Under the pieces are notes generated by a model, which worked only from the letters and a program-made list of their open reading frames with translations, was not told the origin of the DNA and ran no database searches. DNA of 64,000 nucleotides from Hoeflea sp. (lineage in GTDB: Bacteria; Pseudomonadota; Alphaproteobacteria; Rhizobiales; Rhizobiaceae), in NCBI GenBank assembly GCA_965228435.1, contig OZ245818.1:6841518-6905517 (forward strand), written 5' to 3'. This document shows positions 21,280 to 36,263 of the stretch, piece after piece (positions within the stretch are counted from its first letter, which is position 1; each line of letters begins with the position of its first letter). Position numbers and translations under genes: made by a program.

Positions 21280-21783
21280 CTATTCCGTTTCTTTGGCTTC
21301 CTTGGTCTCGGTGGCTTCGTTAGCGCCCGAGAGCAACTTGATCGAACCACCGGCCTTTTCGACCTTTTCGATGGCCGACTTGGAAGCACCGGCCACTTCC
21401 AGTGAAAGCTTGGCCGTCAATTCACCGTCGGCGAGGACGCGAACGCCGTCTTTGGCACGACGCAACACACCGGCTTCGACCAGCACTGCAACGTCGATGG
21501 GCTTCTTCGCATCGATCTTCTTCGCATCGATGGCGGTCTGGATACGGCCGACCGACACGATGTTGAAATCCTTGGCGAAAATGTTGGTGAAGCCGCGTTT
21601 GGGCAGACGGCGATAGATCGGCATCTGGCCGCCTTCGTAGCCTTTGATGGCCACACCCGAGCGGGATTTCTGACCCTTGACGCCGCGGCCACCGGTCTTG
21701 CCCTTGCCGGAGCCGATGCCGCGTCCGACCCGTTTACGGGTCTTGGTCGCGCCATCCATGTCGTGAAGTTCATTGAGTTTCAT
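21280..21783 (-). CDS. rplO: 50S ribosomal protein L15
   Basis: [18 protein letters not shown] ... [16 protein letters not shown]. Confidence 0.98.
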   Translation of the reverse strand: MKLNELHDMDGATKTRKRVGRGIGSGKGKTGGRGVKGQKSRSGVAIKGYEGGQMPIYRRLPKRGFTNIFAKDFNIVSVGRIQTAIDAKKIDAKKPIDVAVLVEAGVLRRAKDGVRVLADGELTAKLSLEVAGASKSAIEKVEKAGGSIKLLSGANEATETKEAKETE

Positions 21784-21795
21784 TGTTCACACTCC

Positions 21796-21993
21796 TCAGG
21801 CTTCGTCGACGACGCGCACGAGGTGACGCACCTTGCGGATCATTCCGCGCACAGCCGGAGTGTCTTCCAGGGTGCGGCGGCGATGCATTTTATTCAGTCC
21901 GAGACCAATCAGCGTCTGGCGCTGGTCGGCGGGACGGCGGATGGGGCTACCGATCTGCTCGACCGTAACCGTTCCTGTCTTTTTTTCAGCCAT
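21796..21993 (-). CDS. rpmD: 50S ribosomal protein L30
   Basis: QIGSPIRR...[10 protein letters not shown]...[15 protein letters not shown], spc operon position. Confidence 0.97.
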   Translation of the reverse strand: MAEKKTGTVTVEQIGSPIRRPADQRQTLIGLGLNKMHRRRTLEDTPAVRGMIRKVRHLVRVVDEA

Positions 21994-22007
21994 GACGATC
22001 TGCCTCC

Positions 22008-22568
22008 CTACTCTTCGGCGCCGACGATCGAGGAACGACGGGCCTGCAAGGTGGAGTATTTCAGGCCGCGCTGGGCTGCGACGTCCTTCGGATGCATCTG
22101 CCTCTGAAGCGCGTCGAACGTGGCGCGAACCATGTTGTAGGGGTTGGACGAGCCGGTCGACTTGGCGACCACGTCCTGCATCCCGAGGGTTTCGAAAACA
22201 GCACGCATCGGACCACCCGCGATGATACCGGTACCCGGCTTTGCCGAGCGCAGGAGAACCTTGCCGGCGCCGTGACGGCCGTGAACATCGTGGTGCAGGG
22301 TCCGACCGGACCGCAGCGGCACGAAGATCATATTGCGCTTGGCTGATTCGGTTGCCTTGCGGATCGCTTCCGGCACTTCGCGTGCCTTGCCGTGACCGAA
22401 GCCGACGCGGCCTTTCTGGTCACCGACGACAACGAGGGCCGCAAAACCGAAACGACGGCCGCCCTTGACGACCTTCGCAACGCGATTGATGTGGACCAGC
22501 TTGTCGACGAATTCGCTGTCGCGATCGTCATCCTTGCCACGATTATCGCGGCGCGGTTCTCTTGCCAT
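22008..22568 (-). CDS. rpsE: 30S ribosomal protein S5
   Basis: [24 protein letters not shown]. Confidence 0.98.
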   Translation of the reverse strand: MAREPRRDNRGKDDDRDSEFVDKLVHINRVAKVVKGGRRFGFAALVVVGDQKGRVGFGHGKAREVPEAIRKATESAKRNMIFVPLRSGRTLHHDVHGRHGAGKVLLRSAKPGTGIIAGGPMRAVFETLGMQDVVAKSTGSSNPYNMVRATFDALQRQMHPKDVAAQRGLKYSTLQARRSSIVGAEE

Positions 22569-22614
22569 TGTCCTTGTCCTTTTTCTTTTCCGGGTGCAAC
22601 GGGCTGTGGTTGAT

Positions 22615-22977
22615 CTAGAAACTCAGGCCAGCTTCACGCGCGGCATCCGCCAACGCCTTGATCCGACCATGGTAGATGAATGCGCCCCGATCGAACACGA
22701 CCTCGGTCACACCCGCCTTGCTCGCCCGTTCTGCAACGAGCTTGCCAACAGCGGCTGCGGCTTCGGTATCGGCGCCGGTTTTCAGCGACTTGCGCAGATC
22801 GGCATCGAGCGTCGATGCAGCGGCCAGCGTGTTGCCAGCCGTATCGTCGATGATCTGCGCGTAGATGTTCTTCGAGGAACGGTGAACCGACAGGCGCGGC
22901 CGACCATTGGCGACCTTCTTGACCTGACGGCGGACGCGCGCGGCGCGGCGCGAAAGCGTTTCTTTCCTGCTGGCCAT
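22615..22977 (-). CDS. rplR: 50S ribosomal protein L18
   Basis: [18 protein letters not shown] ... [22 protein letters not shown]. Confidence 0.98.
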   Translation of the reverse strand: MASRKETLSRRAARVRRQVKKVANGRPRLSVHRSSKNIYAQIIDDTAGNTLAAASTLDADLRKSLKTGADTEAAAAVGKLVAERASKAGVTEVVFDRGAFIYHGRIKALADAAREAGLSF

Positions 22978-22988
22978 CTGCGTGCTCC

Positions 22989-23522
22989 TTACTTCTTCTT
23001 GCCTTCTTTGCGGACAATCCGCTCTTCGGCATATTTGACACCCTTGCCCTTGTAGGGCTCAGGCTTGCGGAATCTGCGGATCTCCGACGCAACCTGGCCG
23101 ACCTTCTGCTTGTCGATGCCGGTCACGACGATTTCCGTGGGTTTCGGGCACGCAATGCTGATTCCATCGGGAGCGTCGTAGACGACATCATGGCTGTAGC
23201 CCAATGCCAGCTGCAATTTGCTGCCCTGCACGGATGCGCGATAGCCGACGCCGTTGATCTCAAGCTTGCGCTCGAAACCGTCCTTCACGCCGGTCATGAT
23301 GTTTTCGAGCATGGTCCGCGTCATGCCCCATTTGGAGCGTGCGTCCTTCGACTGATCAGCCGGAGCGACGACGACGTCATTTTCTTCCATTTTCACGAGC
23401 ACTTCGTCATTGACGACGTAGCTCAGCTCACCCTTGGGCCCCTTGGCGGTGACCTTCTGGCCCTCGACGGTCGCGGTGACGCCTTCAGGAACCGAAACGG
23501 GCTTCTTACCGATACGAGACAT
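22989..23522 (-). CDS. rplF: 50S ribosomal protein L6
   Basis: MSRIGKKPV ... [13 protein letters not shown]. Confidence 0.98.
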   Translation of the reverse strand: MSRIGKKPVSVPEGVTATVEGQKVTAKGPKGELSYVVNDEVLVKMEENDVVVAPADQSKDARSKWGMTRTMLENIMTGVKDGFERKLEINGVGYRASVQGSKLQLALGYSHDVVYDAPDGISIACPKPTEIVVTGIDKQKVGQVASEIRRFRKPEPYKGKGVKYAEERIVRKEGKKK

Positions 23523-23561
23523 TGTCTTAACCTGTCTGATCTGTTGGAGATTTCTGTCACA

Positions 23562-23960
23562 TCAGAAGATCTGACAGAGAACCTCGCCACCAACGTTCTG
23601 TTCGCGCGCCTCATGATCGGCCATCACACCTTTCGGGGTCGAAAGGATGGAGATGCCGAGGCCGTTCGCGACCTGCGGAATGGACTTGACCGAGACATAA
23701 ACCCGGCGGCCCGGCTTGGACACGCGGGCGATCTCGCGGATCACCGGCGCGCCTTCATAGTATTTCAGCTCGATGTTGATTTCGGACTTGCCGTTGTCGT
23801 AGCTGACCTCGGAGTAACCACGGATGTAGCCTTCCGACTGCAGAACATCGAGGACACGTGCGCGCAGCTTGGATGCCGGCGTGGTGACCGTCGACTTGCG
23901 CCGGCCGACCGCATTGCGGATGCGGGTGAGCATATCGCCCAGGGGATCTGTCATTGCCAT
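23562..23960 (-). CDS. rpsH: 30S ribosomal protein S8
   Basis: [13 protein letters not shown] ... SKPGRRVY ... ILSTPKGVM. Confidence 0.98.
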   Translation of the reverse strand: MAMTDPLGDMLTRIRNAVGRRKSTVTTPASKLRARVLDVLQSEGYIRGYSEVSYDNGKSEINIELKYYEGAPVIREIARVSKPGRRVYVSVKSIPQVANGLGISILSTPKGVMADHEAREQNVGGEVLCQIF

Positions 23961-23972
23961 GGGACCTGCTCC

Positions 23973-24278
23973 TTACCAGCTCGACTTGACGACGCCCGGA
24001 ACGCGGCCGAGCGAACCCAGTTCGCGCAGTGCGATACGGGACATTTTAAGCTTGCGATAGTAACCGCGCGGACGACCGGACACTTCGCAACGGTTGCGGA
24101 TCCGCGTCTTGGATCCATCGCGCGGCATTTCGGCAAGTTTCAGGGTTGCCTTGAAGCGCTCTTCAATCGGCGTGTCCTGATTCTTGATGATTGCCTTCAG
24201 CTCGGCGCGCTTGGCTGCTGCCTGCGCGACCCGCTTGCGACGGCGCTTGTTCTTTTCGACGGCACTTACCTTGGCCAT
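23973..24278 (-). CDS. rpsN: 30S ribosomal protein S14 (101-aa zinc-independent type)
   Basis: [18 protein letters not shown] ... PGVVKSSW. Confidence 0.98.
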   Translation of the reverse strand: MAKVSAVEKNKRRRKRVAQAAAKRAELKAIIKNQDTPIEERFKATLKLAEMPRDGSKTRIRNRCEVSGRPRGYYRKLKMSRIALRELGSLGRVPGVVKSSW

Positions 24279-24304
24279 ATCAAATATCCTCTTTACGCTT
24301 GCCG

Positions 24305-24862
24305 TTACTGACGGAACGGGAAGTTGAATTCCGAGAGCAGAGCCCGGGCTTCATCATCCGTGTTCGCCGTCGTACAAACGATGATGTCCATCCCCCACAT
24401 TTCATCGACCTTGTCGTAGTCGACTTCCGGGAAGACGATGTGTTCCTTGATGCCCATGGCAAAATTGCCGCGGCCGTCAAAGCTCTTTGGATTCAAGCCG
24501 CGAAAGTCGCGAACGCGCGGCAGGGCAATGTTGACCAGCCGATCCATGAATTCGTACATGCGCTTCTGCCGCAGCGTCACCTTGGCGCCGATCGGCATTT
24601 CTTCACGAACCTTGAAGCCGGCGATCGATTTGCGCGCCTTGGTAATCACCGGACGCTGGCCCGCAATCGCAGCCAAATCCTCGGCCGCAATGGACGGCTT
24701 CTTGGAATCTGTCGTCGCTTCGCCGACACCCATGTTGAGCACGATCTTTTCGACACGCGGGATCTGCATGACATTCTCGTAGGAGAACTTCTCCTGCAAG
24801 ACGCCGCGGATGCGGTCGTTATAGTCTGTTTTGAGCCGCGGCTCGTAATTTGCCTCAGCCAT
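24305..24862 (-). CDS. rplE: 50S ribosomal protein L5
   Basis: [11 protein letters not shown] ... [11 protein letters not shown] ... [19 protein letters not shown]. Confidence 0.98.
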   Translation of the reverse strand: MAEANYEPRLKTDYNDRIRGVLQEKFSYENVMQIPRVEKIVLNMGVGEATTDSKKPSIAAEDLAAIAGQRPVITKARKSIAGFKVREEMPIGAKVTLRQKRMYEFMDRLVNIALPRVRDFRGLNPKSFDGRGNFAMGIKEHIVFPEVDYDKVDEMWGMDIIVCTTANTDDEARALLSEFNFPFRQ

Positions 24863-25169
24863 CGATCACTTCTCCGGAACGCTTGGACACGCGCACCTTG
24901 GTGCCGTCCTCGTTGATCTTGAAGCCAACCCGGGTCGGTTTGCCATCGGCGCCGACAAGCGCCAGATTCGACAGGTGCACGGAGGCTTCTTTACTGACAA
25001 TGCCGGCCTGCTCGGTTTGGGTCTGGCGCTGGTGGCGCCGTACCATGTTGACGCCGCGAACCAGGGCACGGTTTTCCTTGGGCATCACCTGAATCACTTC
25101 GCCGGTACGGCCCTTGTCCTTGCCGGTCAGCATGATGACGTTGTCGCCTTTGCGGATCTTCTGCATCAT
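24855..25169 (-). CDS. rplX: 50S ribosomal protein L24
   Basis: [20 protein letters not shown] motif. Confidence 0.97.
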   Translation of the reverse strand: MMQKIRKGDNVIMLTGKDKGRTGEVIQVMPKENRALVRGVNMVRRHQRQTQTEQAGIVSKEASVHLSNLALVGADGKPTRVGFKINEDGTKVRVSKRSGEVIDG

Positions 25170-25176
25170 CGTCTCC

Positions 25177-25545
25177 TTACAGAACTTCCGGCGCCAGCGA
25201 GATGATCTTCATGTGGCTCTTGGCGCGGAGTTCGCGCGGAACCGGTCCGAAGATACGGGTGCCGATCGGCTCTTTCTTGTTGTCAACCAGCACGGCTGCG
25301 TTCTTGTCGAAACGAATGACGCTGCCGTCGGGCCGACGAATGTCCTTGGCGGTGCGAACAACCACCGCTCTCATGATGTCGCCCTTTTTTACACGGCCGC
25401 GCGGAATGGCTTCCTTTACCGAGACGACGATAATGTCGCCCACGGAAGCGTATTTCCGCTTCGAGCCGCCCAGCACCTTGATGCACATGACACGACGGGC
25501 ACCGGAATTGTCGGCGACGTCGAGGTTTGTTTGCATCTGAATCAT
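25177..25545 (-). CDS. rplN: 50S ribosomal protein L14
   Basis: [17 protein letters not shown] ... [13 protein letters not shown] ... ISLAPEVL. Confidence 0.99.
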   Translation of the reverse strand: MIQMQTNLDVADNSGARRVMCIKVLGGSKRKYASVGDIIVVSVKEAIPRGRVKKGDIMRAVVVRTAKDIRRPDGSVIRFDKNAAVLVDNKKEPIGTRIFGPVPRELRAKSHMKIISLAPEVL

Positions 25546-25625
25546 GTCAGACCGCCTTCTTTCATCTTGCCGGTGAGCCTCGTCTGTCTCTGCCGGCGAT
25601 TTCCCTTATTGTTTCCTGGCGTTAA

Positions 25626-25862
25626 TCAGGCTTTTTCGCTGATTACAGTCCAGCGCTTGTCCTTAGAGATCGGCGCGCATTCCTGGATCTGGACAGCGTC
25701 CCCGGTCTTGTACTGGTTGCTTTCATCGTGCGCCTTGTACTTCTTCGAACGACGCACCGTCTTCTTGAACATCGGATGGGCGAAACGGCGTTCGACTTTG
25801 ACGACGATGGTCTTGTCGCTCTTGTCGCTGACGACGGTGCCCTGGAGAACGCGTTTTGGCAT
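25626..25862 (-). CDS. rpsQ: 30S ribosomal protein S17
   Basis: [18 protein letters not shown] ... PISKDKRW. Confidence 0.98.
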   Translation of the reverse strand: MPKRVLQGTVVSDKSDKTIVVKVERRFAHPMFKKTVRRSKKYKAHDESNQYKTGDAVQIQECAPISKDKRWTVISEKA

Positions 25863-25875
25863 TTTCTTCTGGTCC

Positions 25876-26076
25876 TCAGGCCTTGGATTCTGCCGCCATC
25901 TGGCGGGCTATGGTCTTGACGCGAGCGATGTCGCGACGAACTTCCTTGACGCGCGACGTCTTTTCGAGCTGGCCGGTGGCTTTCTGGAAGCGCAGGTTGA
26001 ACTGCTCCTTCTTCAGCTCGGCAAGCTTGTCAGTCAGCTGGTCGGCGCTCATGGCACGGATATCTGCGGCTTTCAT
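25876..26076 (-). CDS. rpmC: 50S ribosomal protein L29
   Basis: [18 protein letters not shown] ... [10 protein letters not shown]. Confidence 0.97.
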   Translation of the reverse strand: MKAADIRAMSADQLTDKLAELKKEQFNLRFQKATGQLEKTSRVKEVRRDIARVKTIARQMAAESKA

Positions 26077-26088
26077 GACTCTGCCTTC

Positions 26089-26502
26089 CTAGTCTGCAAT
26101 GCGCTGTACGAAGCGCGTCTTGACCGACAGTTTGGCGGCGCCGAGGCGCAGCGCTTCGCGGGCGACCTCCTCGCTCACGCCGTCGATCTCGAACATGATC
26201 CGGCCGGGTTTGACCTTGGCTGCCCAGTATTCGACCGAGCCTTTGCCCTTACCCATGCGGACTTCCGTCGGCTTCTGCGTAACGGGTGTGTCCGGGAAGA
26301 TCCGGATCCACACACGACCGGCACGCTTCATGTGACGGGTGATCGCGCGACGCGCCGCTTCAATCTCGCGGGCGTTGACGCGGTTGGGCTCCTGGGCCTT
26401 GATGCCGTAGGAGCCGAAGTTCAGCGTGGTACCGCCCGGTGCGACGCCCCGGATACGGCCTTTGTGCTGCTTGCGGTACTTCGTACGCTTTGGCTGCAAC
26501 AT
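26089..26502 (-). CDS. rplP: 50S ribosomal protein L16
   Basis: [15 protein letters not shown] ... EVRMGKGKG. Confidence 0.98.
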   Translation of the reverse strand: MLQPKRTKYRKQHKGRIRGVAPGGTTLNFGSYGIKAQEPNRVNAREIEAARRAITRHMKRAGRVWIRIFPDTPVTQKPTEVRMGKGKGSVEYWAAKVKPGRIMFEIDGVSEEVAREALRLGAAKLSVKTRFVQRIAD

Positions 26503-26538
26503 TTTCTTGTTCTCCGAACTGGTTCGCCGCGCAGATGA

Positions 26539-27252
26539 CTACGCGTTTTCGCGTTCGCGGCGACGGCCGCCGCTTGACTGTGAATCGCTTTCGGTCGCAC
26601 GACGCTCCGAAGCCATCGGATCGTGCTCGAGGATCTCACCCTTGAAGATCCAGACCTTGACGCCGCATACACCGTAGGCGGTGTGGGCCTCAGCCGTGCC
26701 GTAGTCGATATCGGCGCGCAGCGTGTGCAGCGGCACACGGCCTTCGCGATACCATTCGGTCCGGGCGATTTCAGCGCCACCGAGCCGGCCGCCGCAGGTG
26801 ATGCGGATGCCTTCGGCGCCAAGACGCATGGCCGATTGAACGGCACGCTTCATGGCGCGGCGGAACGCAACGCGACGCTCCAGCTGCTGAGCAATCGACT
26901 GGGCAACCAGGGTTGCGTCGATTTCCGGCTTGCGCACTTCCACGATGTTGAGGTGCGTTTCCGAATTGGTCATGACCGACAGCTTGCGGCGCAGCTTCTC
27001 GATATCGGCGCCCTTCTTGCCGATGATGAGGCCTGGGCGGGCCGAATGGATCGAGATGCGGCACTTCTTGTGCGGACGCTCGATGACCACTTTCGAGATC
27101 GCAGCCTGCTTCAGCTCGCTGGTCAGGTATTCGCGGATCTTCAGGTCTTCCTGGAGCAGATCGCCGTATTCGCCCTTTTCGGCGAACCAACGCGAATCCC
27201 AGGTGCGGTTGATGCCGAGCCGGAAACCGATCGGATTCGTCTTCTGACCCAT
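26539..27252 (-). CDS. rpsC: 30S ribosomal protein S3
   Basis: [13 protein letters not shown] ... [15 protein letters not shown]. Confidence 0.98.
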   Translation of the reverse strand: MGQKTNPIGFRLGINRTWDSRWFAEKGEYGDLLQEDLKIREYLTSELKQAAISKVVIERPHKKCRISIHSARPGLIIGKKGADIEKLRRKLSVMTNSETHLNIVEVRKPEIDATLVAQSIAQQLERRVAFRRAMKRAVQSAMRLGAEGIRITCGGRLGGAEIARTEWYREGRVPLHTLRADIDYGTAEAHTAYGVCGVKVWIFKGEILEHDPMASERRATESDSQSSGGRRRERENA

Positions 27253-27641
27253 TACGCGGCCTCCTCTGTTTCCTCAACCTCACGAACAACAATCGTCAGG
27301 TGGGAAAATGGTTTTTCGATACGCGACGCACGGCCACGACCGCGGGCACGGAAACGCTTCATGACGACCGACTTGCCGACATAGGCCTCCGCGACGATCA
27401 GCGCATCGACGTCGAGATCGTGATTGTTCTCAGCATTGGCGATCGCAGATTCCAGCGTCTTCTTGACGGTCTCGGAAATCCGCTTGCGCGAGAATTCCAG
27501 GTCCGACAGAGCGCGCTCGACTTTCTTGCCGCGGATCATCGCTGCCACGAGATTGAGCTTCTGCGGGCTGACGCGGATTGTACGAGCAACCGCGCGAGCC
27601 TCATTGTCCTTGAGCCGGCGCTCGGCCTTGGCCTTGCCCAT
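27252..27641 (-). CDS. rplV: 50S ribosomal protein L22
   Basis: [16 protein letters not shown] ... [11 protein letters not shown]. Start at 27641. Confidence 0.97.
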   Translation of the reverse strand: MGKAKAERRLKDNEARAVARTIRVSPQKLNLVAAMIRGKKVERALSDLEFSRKRISETVKKTLESAIANAENNHDLDVDALIVAEAYVGKSVVMKRFRARGRGRASRIEKPFSHLTIVVREVEETEEAA

Positions 27642-27642
27642 G

Positions 27643-27921
27643 CTACTTCCTCCTGGCTTTCTTGTCCGCGCCGTGACCGTAGTAGGTCCGGGTCGGGGAG
27701 AATTCACCGAGTTTGTGACCGACCATGTCTTCAGACACGGAAACCGGAATGTGTTTGCTGCCGTTGTAGACACCGAAGGTCAGGCCGACGAACTGAGGCA
27801 GGATCGTGGAGCGACGGCTCCAGGTCTTGATCACTTCGTTGCGGCCGCTTTCGCGAACCTTCTCAGCTTTCTTGAGAAGATAGCCGTCAACGAACGGACC
27901 TTTCCAAACTGAACGAGCCAC
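27643..27921 (-). CDS. rpsS: 30S ribosomal protein S19
   Basis: [12 protein letters not shown] ... [11 protein letters not shown]. Confidence 0.98.
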   Translation of the reverse strand: MARSVWKGPFVDGYLLKKAEKVRESGRNEVIKTWSRRSTILPQFVGLTFGVYNGSKHIPVSVSEDMVGHKLGEFSPTRTYYGHGADKKARRK

Positions 27922-27936
27922 TTGAGACTTCCTCTC

Positions 27937-28776
27937 TTACTTCTTCTTGCGCTGATGGCGCGAGCGCATGATGTATTTGTCGGTCGACTTGTTTGACCGC
28001 GTCCGCTTGCCCTTGGTCGGTTTGCCCCAAGGGGTGACCGGGTGGCGACCACCGGACGAGCGTCCCTCACCACCACCGTGCGGGTGATCGATCGGGTTCA
28101 TGACGACACCGCGAACATGCGGGCGCTTGCCGAGCCAACGAGAGCGACCGGCTTTGCCATCGTTGCGGTTCGAATTGTCCGGGTTGGACACTGCGCCGAC
28201 CGTGGCCAGGCAGTTACCTGGAACAAGGCGCTGCTCGCCGGAATTCAGACGCAGGATAGCCATGCCCTGGTCACGACCGACCAACTGGACATAGGTGCCT
28301 GCCGAACGGGCAATCTGACCGCCCTTACCCGGCTTCATCTCCACATTGTGGACGATGGTGCCGACCGGCATCGCCTGCAGCGGCATGGTGTTTCCCGGCT
28401 TCACGTCAACGGAAGACTGGGACGCGATGACCTTGTCGCCGGCTGCGAGCCGCTGCGGGGCCAGGATGTATGCCTGCTCGCCATCGGTGTAGGTCACCAG
28501 CGCGATGAAAGCGGTACGGTTGGGATCGTATTCGATCCGCTCGACCGTGCCTTCGACGTCGTATTTGCGCCGCTTGAAATCGACCTTGCGATAGGTGCGC
28601 TTGTGACCACCGCCACGGTGACGCACGGTCATGCGGCCTGTATTGTTGCGGCCGCCTTTCGACGACAGGCCTTCGGTCAGAGCCTTGACCGGCTTGCCCT
28701 TATACAGACCCGAGCGGTCGACGATGACCAGCTGGCGCTGGCTCGGCGTCGTCGGATTGAATGTTTTGAGTGCCAT
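27937..28776 (-). CDS. rplB: 50S ribosomal protein L2
   Basis: [21 protein letters not shown] and [17 protein letters not shown]. Confidence 0.99.
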   Translation of the reverse strand: MALKTFNPTTPSQRQLVIVDRSGLYKGKPVKALTEGLSSKGGRNNTGRMTVRHRGGGHKRTYRKVDFKRRKYDVEGTVERIEYDPNRTAFIALVTYTDGEQAYILAPQRLAAGDKVIASQSSVDVKPGNTMPLQAMPVGTIVHNVEMKPGKGGQIARSAGTYVQLVGRDQGMAILRLNSGEQRLVPGNCLATVGAVSNPDNSNRNDGKAGRSRWLGKRPHVRGVVMNPIDHPHGGGEGRSSGGRHPVTPWGKPTKGKRTRSNKSTDKYIMRSRHQRKKK

Positions 28777-28803
28777 TGTCTTGTTCTTTCCTCGGGGCTT
28801 GCC

Positions 28804-29097
28804 TTACAGACCGGTCGTCACGTCAACGGATTCACCGTCGACCAGCGTGACGATGGCCTTTTTCACGTCGCTCTGGCGACCTAAAGTCCCGCGGAAGCGC
28901 TTGGTCTTACCCTTGCGCACCAGCGTGTTGACGGATTTGACCTTGACGCCGAAGAGCGCTTCGACGGCGGCCTTGATGTCAGACTTGGTGGCCTTTTTGG
29001 CAACGTTGAACACGACCTGGTTCTGTTCCGAAACCATTGTCGACTTTTCAGTGATCACCGGAGAGGTGATGACGTCATAGTGGCGGAGATCCGTCAT
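28804..29097 (-). CDS. rplW: 50S ribosomal protein L23
   Basis: PVITEKST ... [14 protein letters not shown] ... KKAIVTL. Confidence 0.97.
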   Translation of the reverse strand: MTDLRHYDVITSPVITEKSTMVSEQNQVVFNVAKKATKSDIKAAVEALFGVKVKSVNTLVRKGKTKRFRGTLGRQSDVKKAIVTLVDGESVDVTTGL

Positions 29098-29714
29098 TTG
29101 AACCGCTCCTCGAGGGCTTCGACCGCAGCCTTGGAGAGAACCAGCTTTCCACGGCGCAGGATGTCGTAAACGTTGATGCCCTGAACCGGCAGAACATCGA
29201 TGTTCGGAATGTTGCGAGCCGCGAGCTGGAAGTTGTTGTCCAGTTCGGATCCGCCGATGAACAGAGCGTTGGAAACACCGAGCTTTTCCAGCGAACCCTT
29301 CAGCTGTTTGGTTTTCGGCTCCTTGGCAGCCAGATCGTCAATGACGATCAGGCTTTCGTCCCGGAGCTTGGCCGACAGGGCGTGACGCAGCGCAAGTGTA
29401 CGGACCTTCTTGGGAAGATCGTGATCATGGCTGCGCGCGACCGGACCATGGGCCTTGCCGCCGCCACGGAACTGCGGAGCGCGGGCCGAAGAGTGACGAG
29501 CACGGCCCGTTCCCTTCTGGCGGAACATCTTGGCGCCGGTCCGGTTGATCTCGGAGCGACCCTTGGTTTTGTGGGTGCCCTGCTGCTTGCGGGCCAGCTG
29601 CCAGCGGACCATGCGCTGCAAGATATCGGCACGCGGCTCAAGGCCGAAGACCGTATCGGACAGCGAGACCTTGCCGGCGTCCTTGCCCTCGAGGGTGGTG
29701 ACCTTCAAATCCAT
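29094..29714 (-). CDS. rplD: 50S ribosomal protein L4
   Basis: [22 protein letters not shown]. Confidence 0.98.
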   Translation of the reverse strand: MDLKVTTLEGKDAGKVSLSDTVFGLEPRADILQRMVRWQLARKQQGTHKTKGRSEINRTGAKMFRQKGTGRARHSSARAPQFRGGGKAHGPVARSHDHDLPKKVRTLALRHALSAKLRDESLIVIDDLAAKEPKTKQLKGSLEKLGVSNALFIGGSELDNNFQLAARNIPNIDVLPVQGINVYDILRRGKLVLSKAAVEALEERFK

Positions 29715-30442
29715 TATTCGGCTCCCTCAGTTGCCTGCTCAGCCGGAGCGCTCTCAGCGGCGGCAACGGCGGCACGCAGGCCGGCGGGCATCGGCGCATT
29801 GTCCGGGATCCCAGCCTTGATTGCGTCACGTACGATGATCCAGGAGCCCTTGGAGCCGGGAACCGCGCCCTTGACCAGGATCAGGCCCCGATCAGCGTCG
29901 GTTGACACGACTTCCAGGTTTTGGGTCGTCACTCGGGTGTTGCCCATGTGACCAGCCATCTTCTTGCCTTTGAAGACCTTGCCCGGATCCTGACACTGGC
30001 CGGTTGAACCGTGCGAACGGTGCGAGATCGACACGCCGTGAGTGGCACGCAGACCACCGAAATTGTGGCGTTTCATCGCACCAGCGAAGCCCTTACCGAC
30101 GCTGGTGCCGGTGACGTCAACCTTCTGGCCGGCGACGAAGTGCTCGGCGGTGATTTCGGCACCGACATCAAGCATGTTGTCCTGCGAAACGCGGAACTCG
30201 GCCAGCTTGGCCTTCGGCTCGACCTTGGCGGCGGCGAAATGGCCGCGCATCGGTTTCGACGTGTTCTTCGCCTTGGCGACACCGACACCGAGCTGGACGG
30301 CGGTGTAGCCGTTCTTGTCTTCCGTGCGCTGGGCAACGACCTGGCAGTTCTGGAGACTTAATACAGTCACCGGAACGTGCTCACCGGCGTCATTATAGAC
30401 GCGGGTCATTCCCACCTTCTTTGCAATTACACCTGAACGCAT
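29714..30442 (-). CDS. rplC: 50S ribosomal protein L3
   Basis: [20 protein letters not shown] and [15 protein letters not shown]. Start at 30442. Confidence 0.98.
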   Translation of the reverse strand: MRSGVIAKKVGMTRVYNDAGEHVPVTVLSLQNCQVVAQRTEDKNGYTAVQLGVGVAKAKNTSKPMRGHFAAAKVEPKAKLAEFRVSQDNMLDVGAEITAEHFVAGQKVDVTGTSVGKGFAGAMKRHNFGGLRATHGVSISHRSHGSTGQCQDPGKVFKGKKMAGHMGNTRVTTQNLEVVSTDADRGLILVKGAVPGSKGSWIIVRDAIKAGIPDNAPMPAGLRAAVAAAESAPAEQATEGAE

Positions 30443-30527
30443 TGGTTCGTCCTTGTTCTTGTTGAGCCCGGTCTTGCGCGAAGTTCCGATATCCGTTTTT
30501 TCGCAACCGGTCCCAGACAGCCCTTCC

Positions 30528-30836
30528 CTAGAGCTTGATTTCCACGTCAACACCGGCAGCCAGGTCGAGCTTCATAAGCGCATCGACCGTCTGGGGCGTC
30601 GGATCAACGATGTCGAGCAGGCGCTTGTGTGTGCGCATCTCGAACTGTTCGCGACTCTTCTTGTCGATGTGCGGCGAACGGTTGACCGTATACTTTTCAA
30701 TTCGTGTCGGGAGCGGAACCGGTCCGCGCACGCTGGCGCCCGTCCGCTTGGCCGTCGACACGATTTCGCGCGTGGAGGCATCGAGAATCCGATGATCAAA
30801 CGCCTTGAGGCGGATACGGATGTTCTGGCCGTTCAT
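30528..30836 (-). CDS. rpsJ: 30S ribosomal protein S10
   Basis: [11 protein letters not shown] ... [20 protein letters not shown]. Confidence 0.99.
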   Translation of the reverse strand: MNGQNIRIRLKAFDHRILDASTREIVSTAKRTGASVRGPVPLPTRIEKYTVNRSPHIDKKSREQFEMRTHKRLLDIVDPTPQTVDALMKLDLAAGVDVEIKL

Positions 30837-30886
30837 TCGACTTATCCTCGGGTTTCGAGACCGCTGGGCGGTCTTCTTCTCGTCTC

Positions 30887-30923
30887 AAAAAGCCGCACGC
30901 GCCGGGAATATCCGGCGCGTGCG
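30887..30923 (-). terminator. Terminator-like hairpin between tuf and rpsJ
   Basis: Perfect 12-bp stem CGCACGCGCCGG/CCGGCGCGTGCG (30894-30923) with 6-nt loop, followed on the minus strand by GC-TTTTT. Confidence 0.7.
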
Positions 30924-30938
30924 ATCTGTCTGTATGGT

Positions 30939-32114
<1,176 letters not shown>

Positions 32115-32181
32115 TTTCGGCTCTCCGTTTCTTATCGCCCGTTCGGGCTCGTTTCGTCAGACTGGTCTCAATCGATCGCGA

Positions 32182-34272
<2,091 letters not shown>

Positions 34273-34300
34273 GACTTGGTGCCTTTCGATACGTGACCGG

Positions 34301-34783
<483 letters not shown>

Positions 34784-34832
34784 TCAACTGTGCCGGATGC
34801 GACCCGTGTGCCTGCATCCGAACGATTGACTG

Positions 34833-35204
34833 TTACTTCGGACGCTTGGCGCCGTATTTGGAGCGGCGCTGCTTGCGGTCTTTCACGCCCTGGGTGTCGA
34901 GCACGCCACGGATGATGTGGTAGCGCACGCCGGGCAGGTCCTTGACGCGACCGCCACGGATCATCACGACCGAGTGCTCCTGAAGGTTATGCCCCTCGCC
35001 CGGGATATAACCGATAACTTCGAATCCATTGGTCAGCCGGATCTTCGCAACCTTGCGCAAAGCCGAGTTCGGCTTTTTCGGTGTCGTCGTGTAGACGCGC
35101 GTGCAAACACCACGCTTCTGAGGATTGGCCTCAAGCGCGGGAACCTTGTTTCGCTTAACCGGCACCTGGCGCGGTTTGCGGATCAGCTGGTTTACGGTAG
35201 GCAT
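34833..35204 (-). CDS. rpsL: 30S ribosomal protein S12
   Basis: [10 protein letters not shown] ... [13 protein letters not shown] ... [12 protein letters not shown]. Start at 35204. Confidence 0.99.
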   Translation of the reverse strand: MPTVNQLIRKPRQVPVKRNKVPALEANPQKRGVCTRVYTTTPKKPNSALRKVAKIRLTNGFEVIGYIPGEGHNLQEHSVVMIRGGRVKDLPGVRYHIIRGVLDTQGVKDRKQRRSKYGAKRPK

Positions 35205-35636
35205 ATAACCTTCCTTTTGAACAAAACCCTGGCATGCCCTTTCGGGCGCTTCATCGACCACACATATGACCATGCGCAAATGGGCAAATCCGCGCCTGGC
35301 GGCTTGCCCAAAAATTTGCAGAGGACACGATGTCACCGTGTCATGCGTGCAGCATTTTTTCACATCATGCAGTCTGAACCGTGTCTGAGGCGAACTTCAG
35401 GACGAGTCGTCCCGAACCAGCCAGCCTCACATCGGCTCTGGTGGCCGCTAGATACTGATTTGCCCTTGTGCCGTCAAGGGCCGCGGGCCAAGAATCTGAC
35501 GCGGCGATCCATAAAGGGCAAAATCGCGTACCCAATGCCGGAAATCAACGAAAACCCGCGTCATTTTCTTGCCGAATCAGCCGCTAAAACGCAGGAATGG
35601 CAAACCCCTCGCCGCGGCATGCAAACGGAGGCCACC

Positions 35637-35921
35637 ATGGGCGCACATGATTCCCCCGACGAAGACGAATCGATGGTCTTCATCATCATTGGCCGCGCTG
35701 CGAAATACAAAGGCGGCAAGCAGGCTGACATCCATATCATGCTGATGGCACCCGATGACGACACCGCAGTTCGGGAAACATTGAACGCATTGGCGCGGGA
35801 AGGTTATGCGGAAGCCGAACTCGACCAGATCGGCGTGATGGAGGGCATGCCGGACGAGGAACCTCACGCCTCGGCATATCAAGGTGCTCTCGAGGGCGAA
35901 GTGGCGATCGTCATGGTGTGA
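35637..35921 (+). CDS. Small acidic hypothetical protein divergent from rpsL
   Basis: GGAG RBS before ATG 35637, 94 aa, core-like codon usage. It is the 3' end of the long track ORF 34917-35921, whose upstream part is antisense to rpsL. Confidence 0.75.
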   Translation: MGAHDSPDEDESMVFIIIGRAAKYKGGKQADIHIMLMAPDDDTAVRETLNALAREGYAEAELDQIGVMEGMPDEEPHASAYQGALEGEVAIVMV

Positions 35922-36263
35922 GAACCCTTCTGTAGCCGATCGGATGTGTCGGCGGTATTCCATGGTTGACAATTCTCAACCGTGACGCGAAAAGGGCATC
36001 GACGGGCTTTTCACTTACGGACGATCAGCGCACTCGTGCGGTGACTGATTTGAGATGAGAATGACGAGCCCACCGCAACCAGCGGTTCTTTCTTGCGCCT
36101 CCCCAGCTATCAGCTTTGGTCGAGAACATCTGAGTAGGATGATGTTCCGACCCGTTTTCGACCGTCACCGGGTCACGAACGAAGGGGCCACATCGCTTCC
36201 CATTTGTACGCTCGCCAAAGTTCAAATCCGAAGTCCGCAAACGAGGCAGGTTGAAAACCTATC

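Noticed and set aside
35981-36000. Degenerate copy of the 20-bp palindrome (CGTGACGCGAAAAGGGCATC) upstream of the short paralog
   Set aside because: It matches only 12 of 20 positions, symmetry is largely lost, it is ~260 bp from the start, and there is no matching -10 at the expected spacing. This is too weak without binding data.
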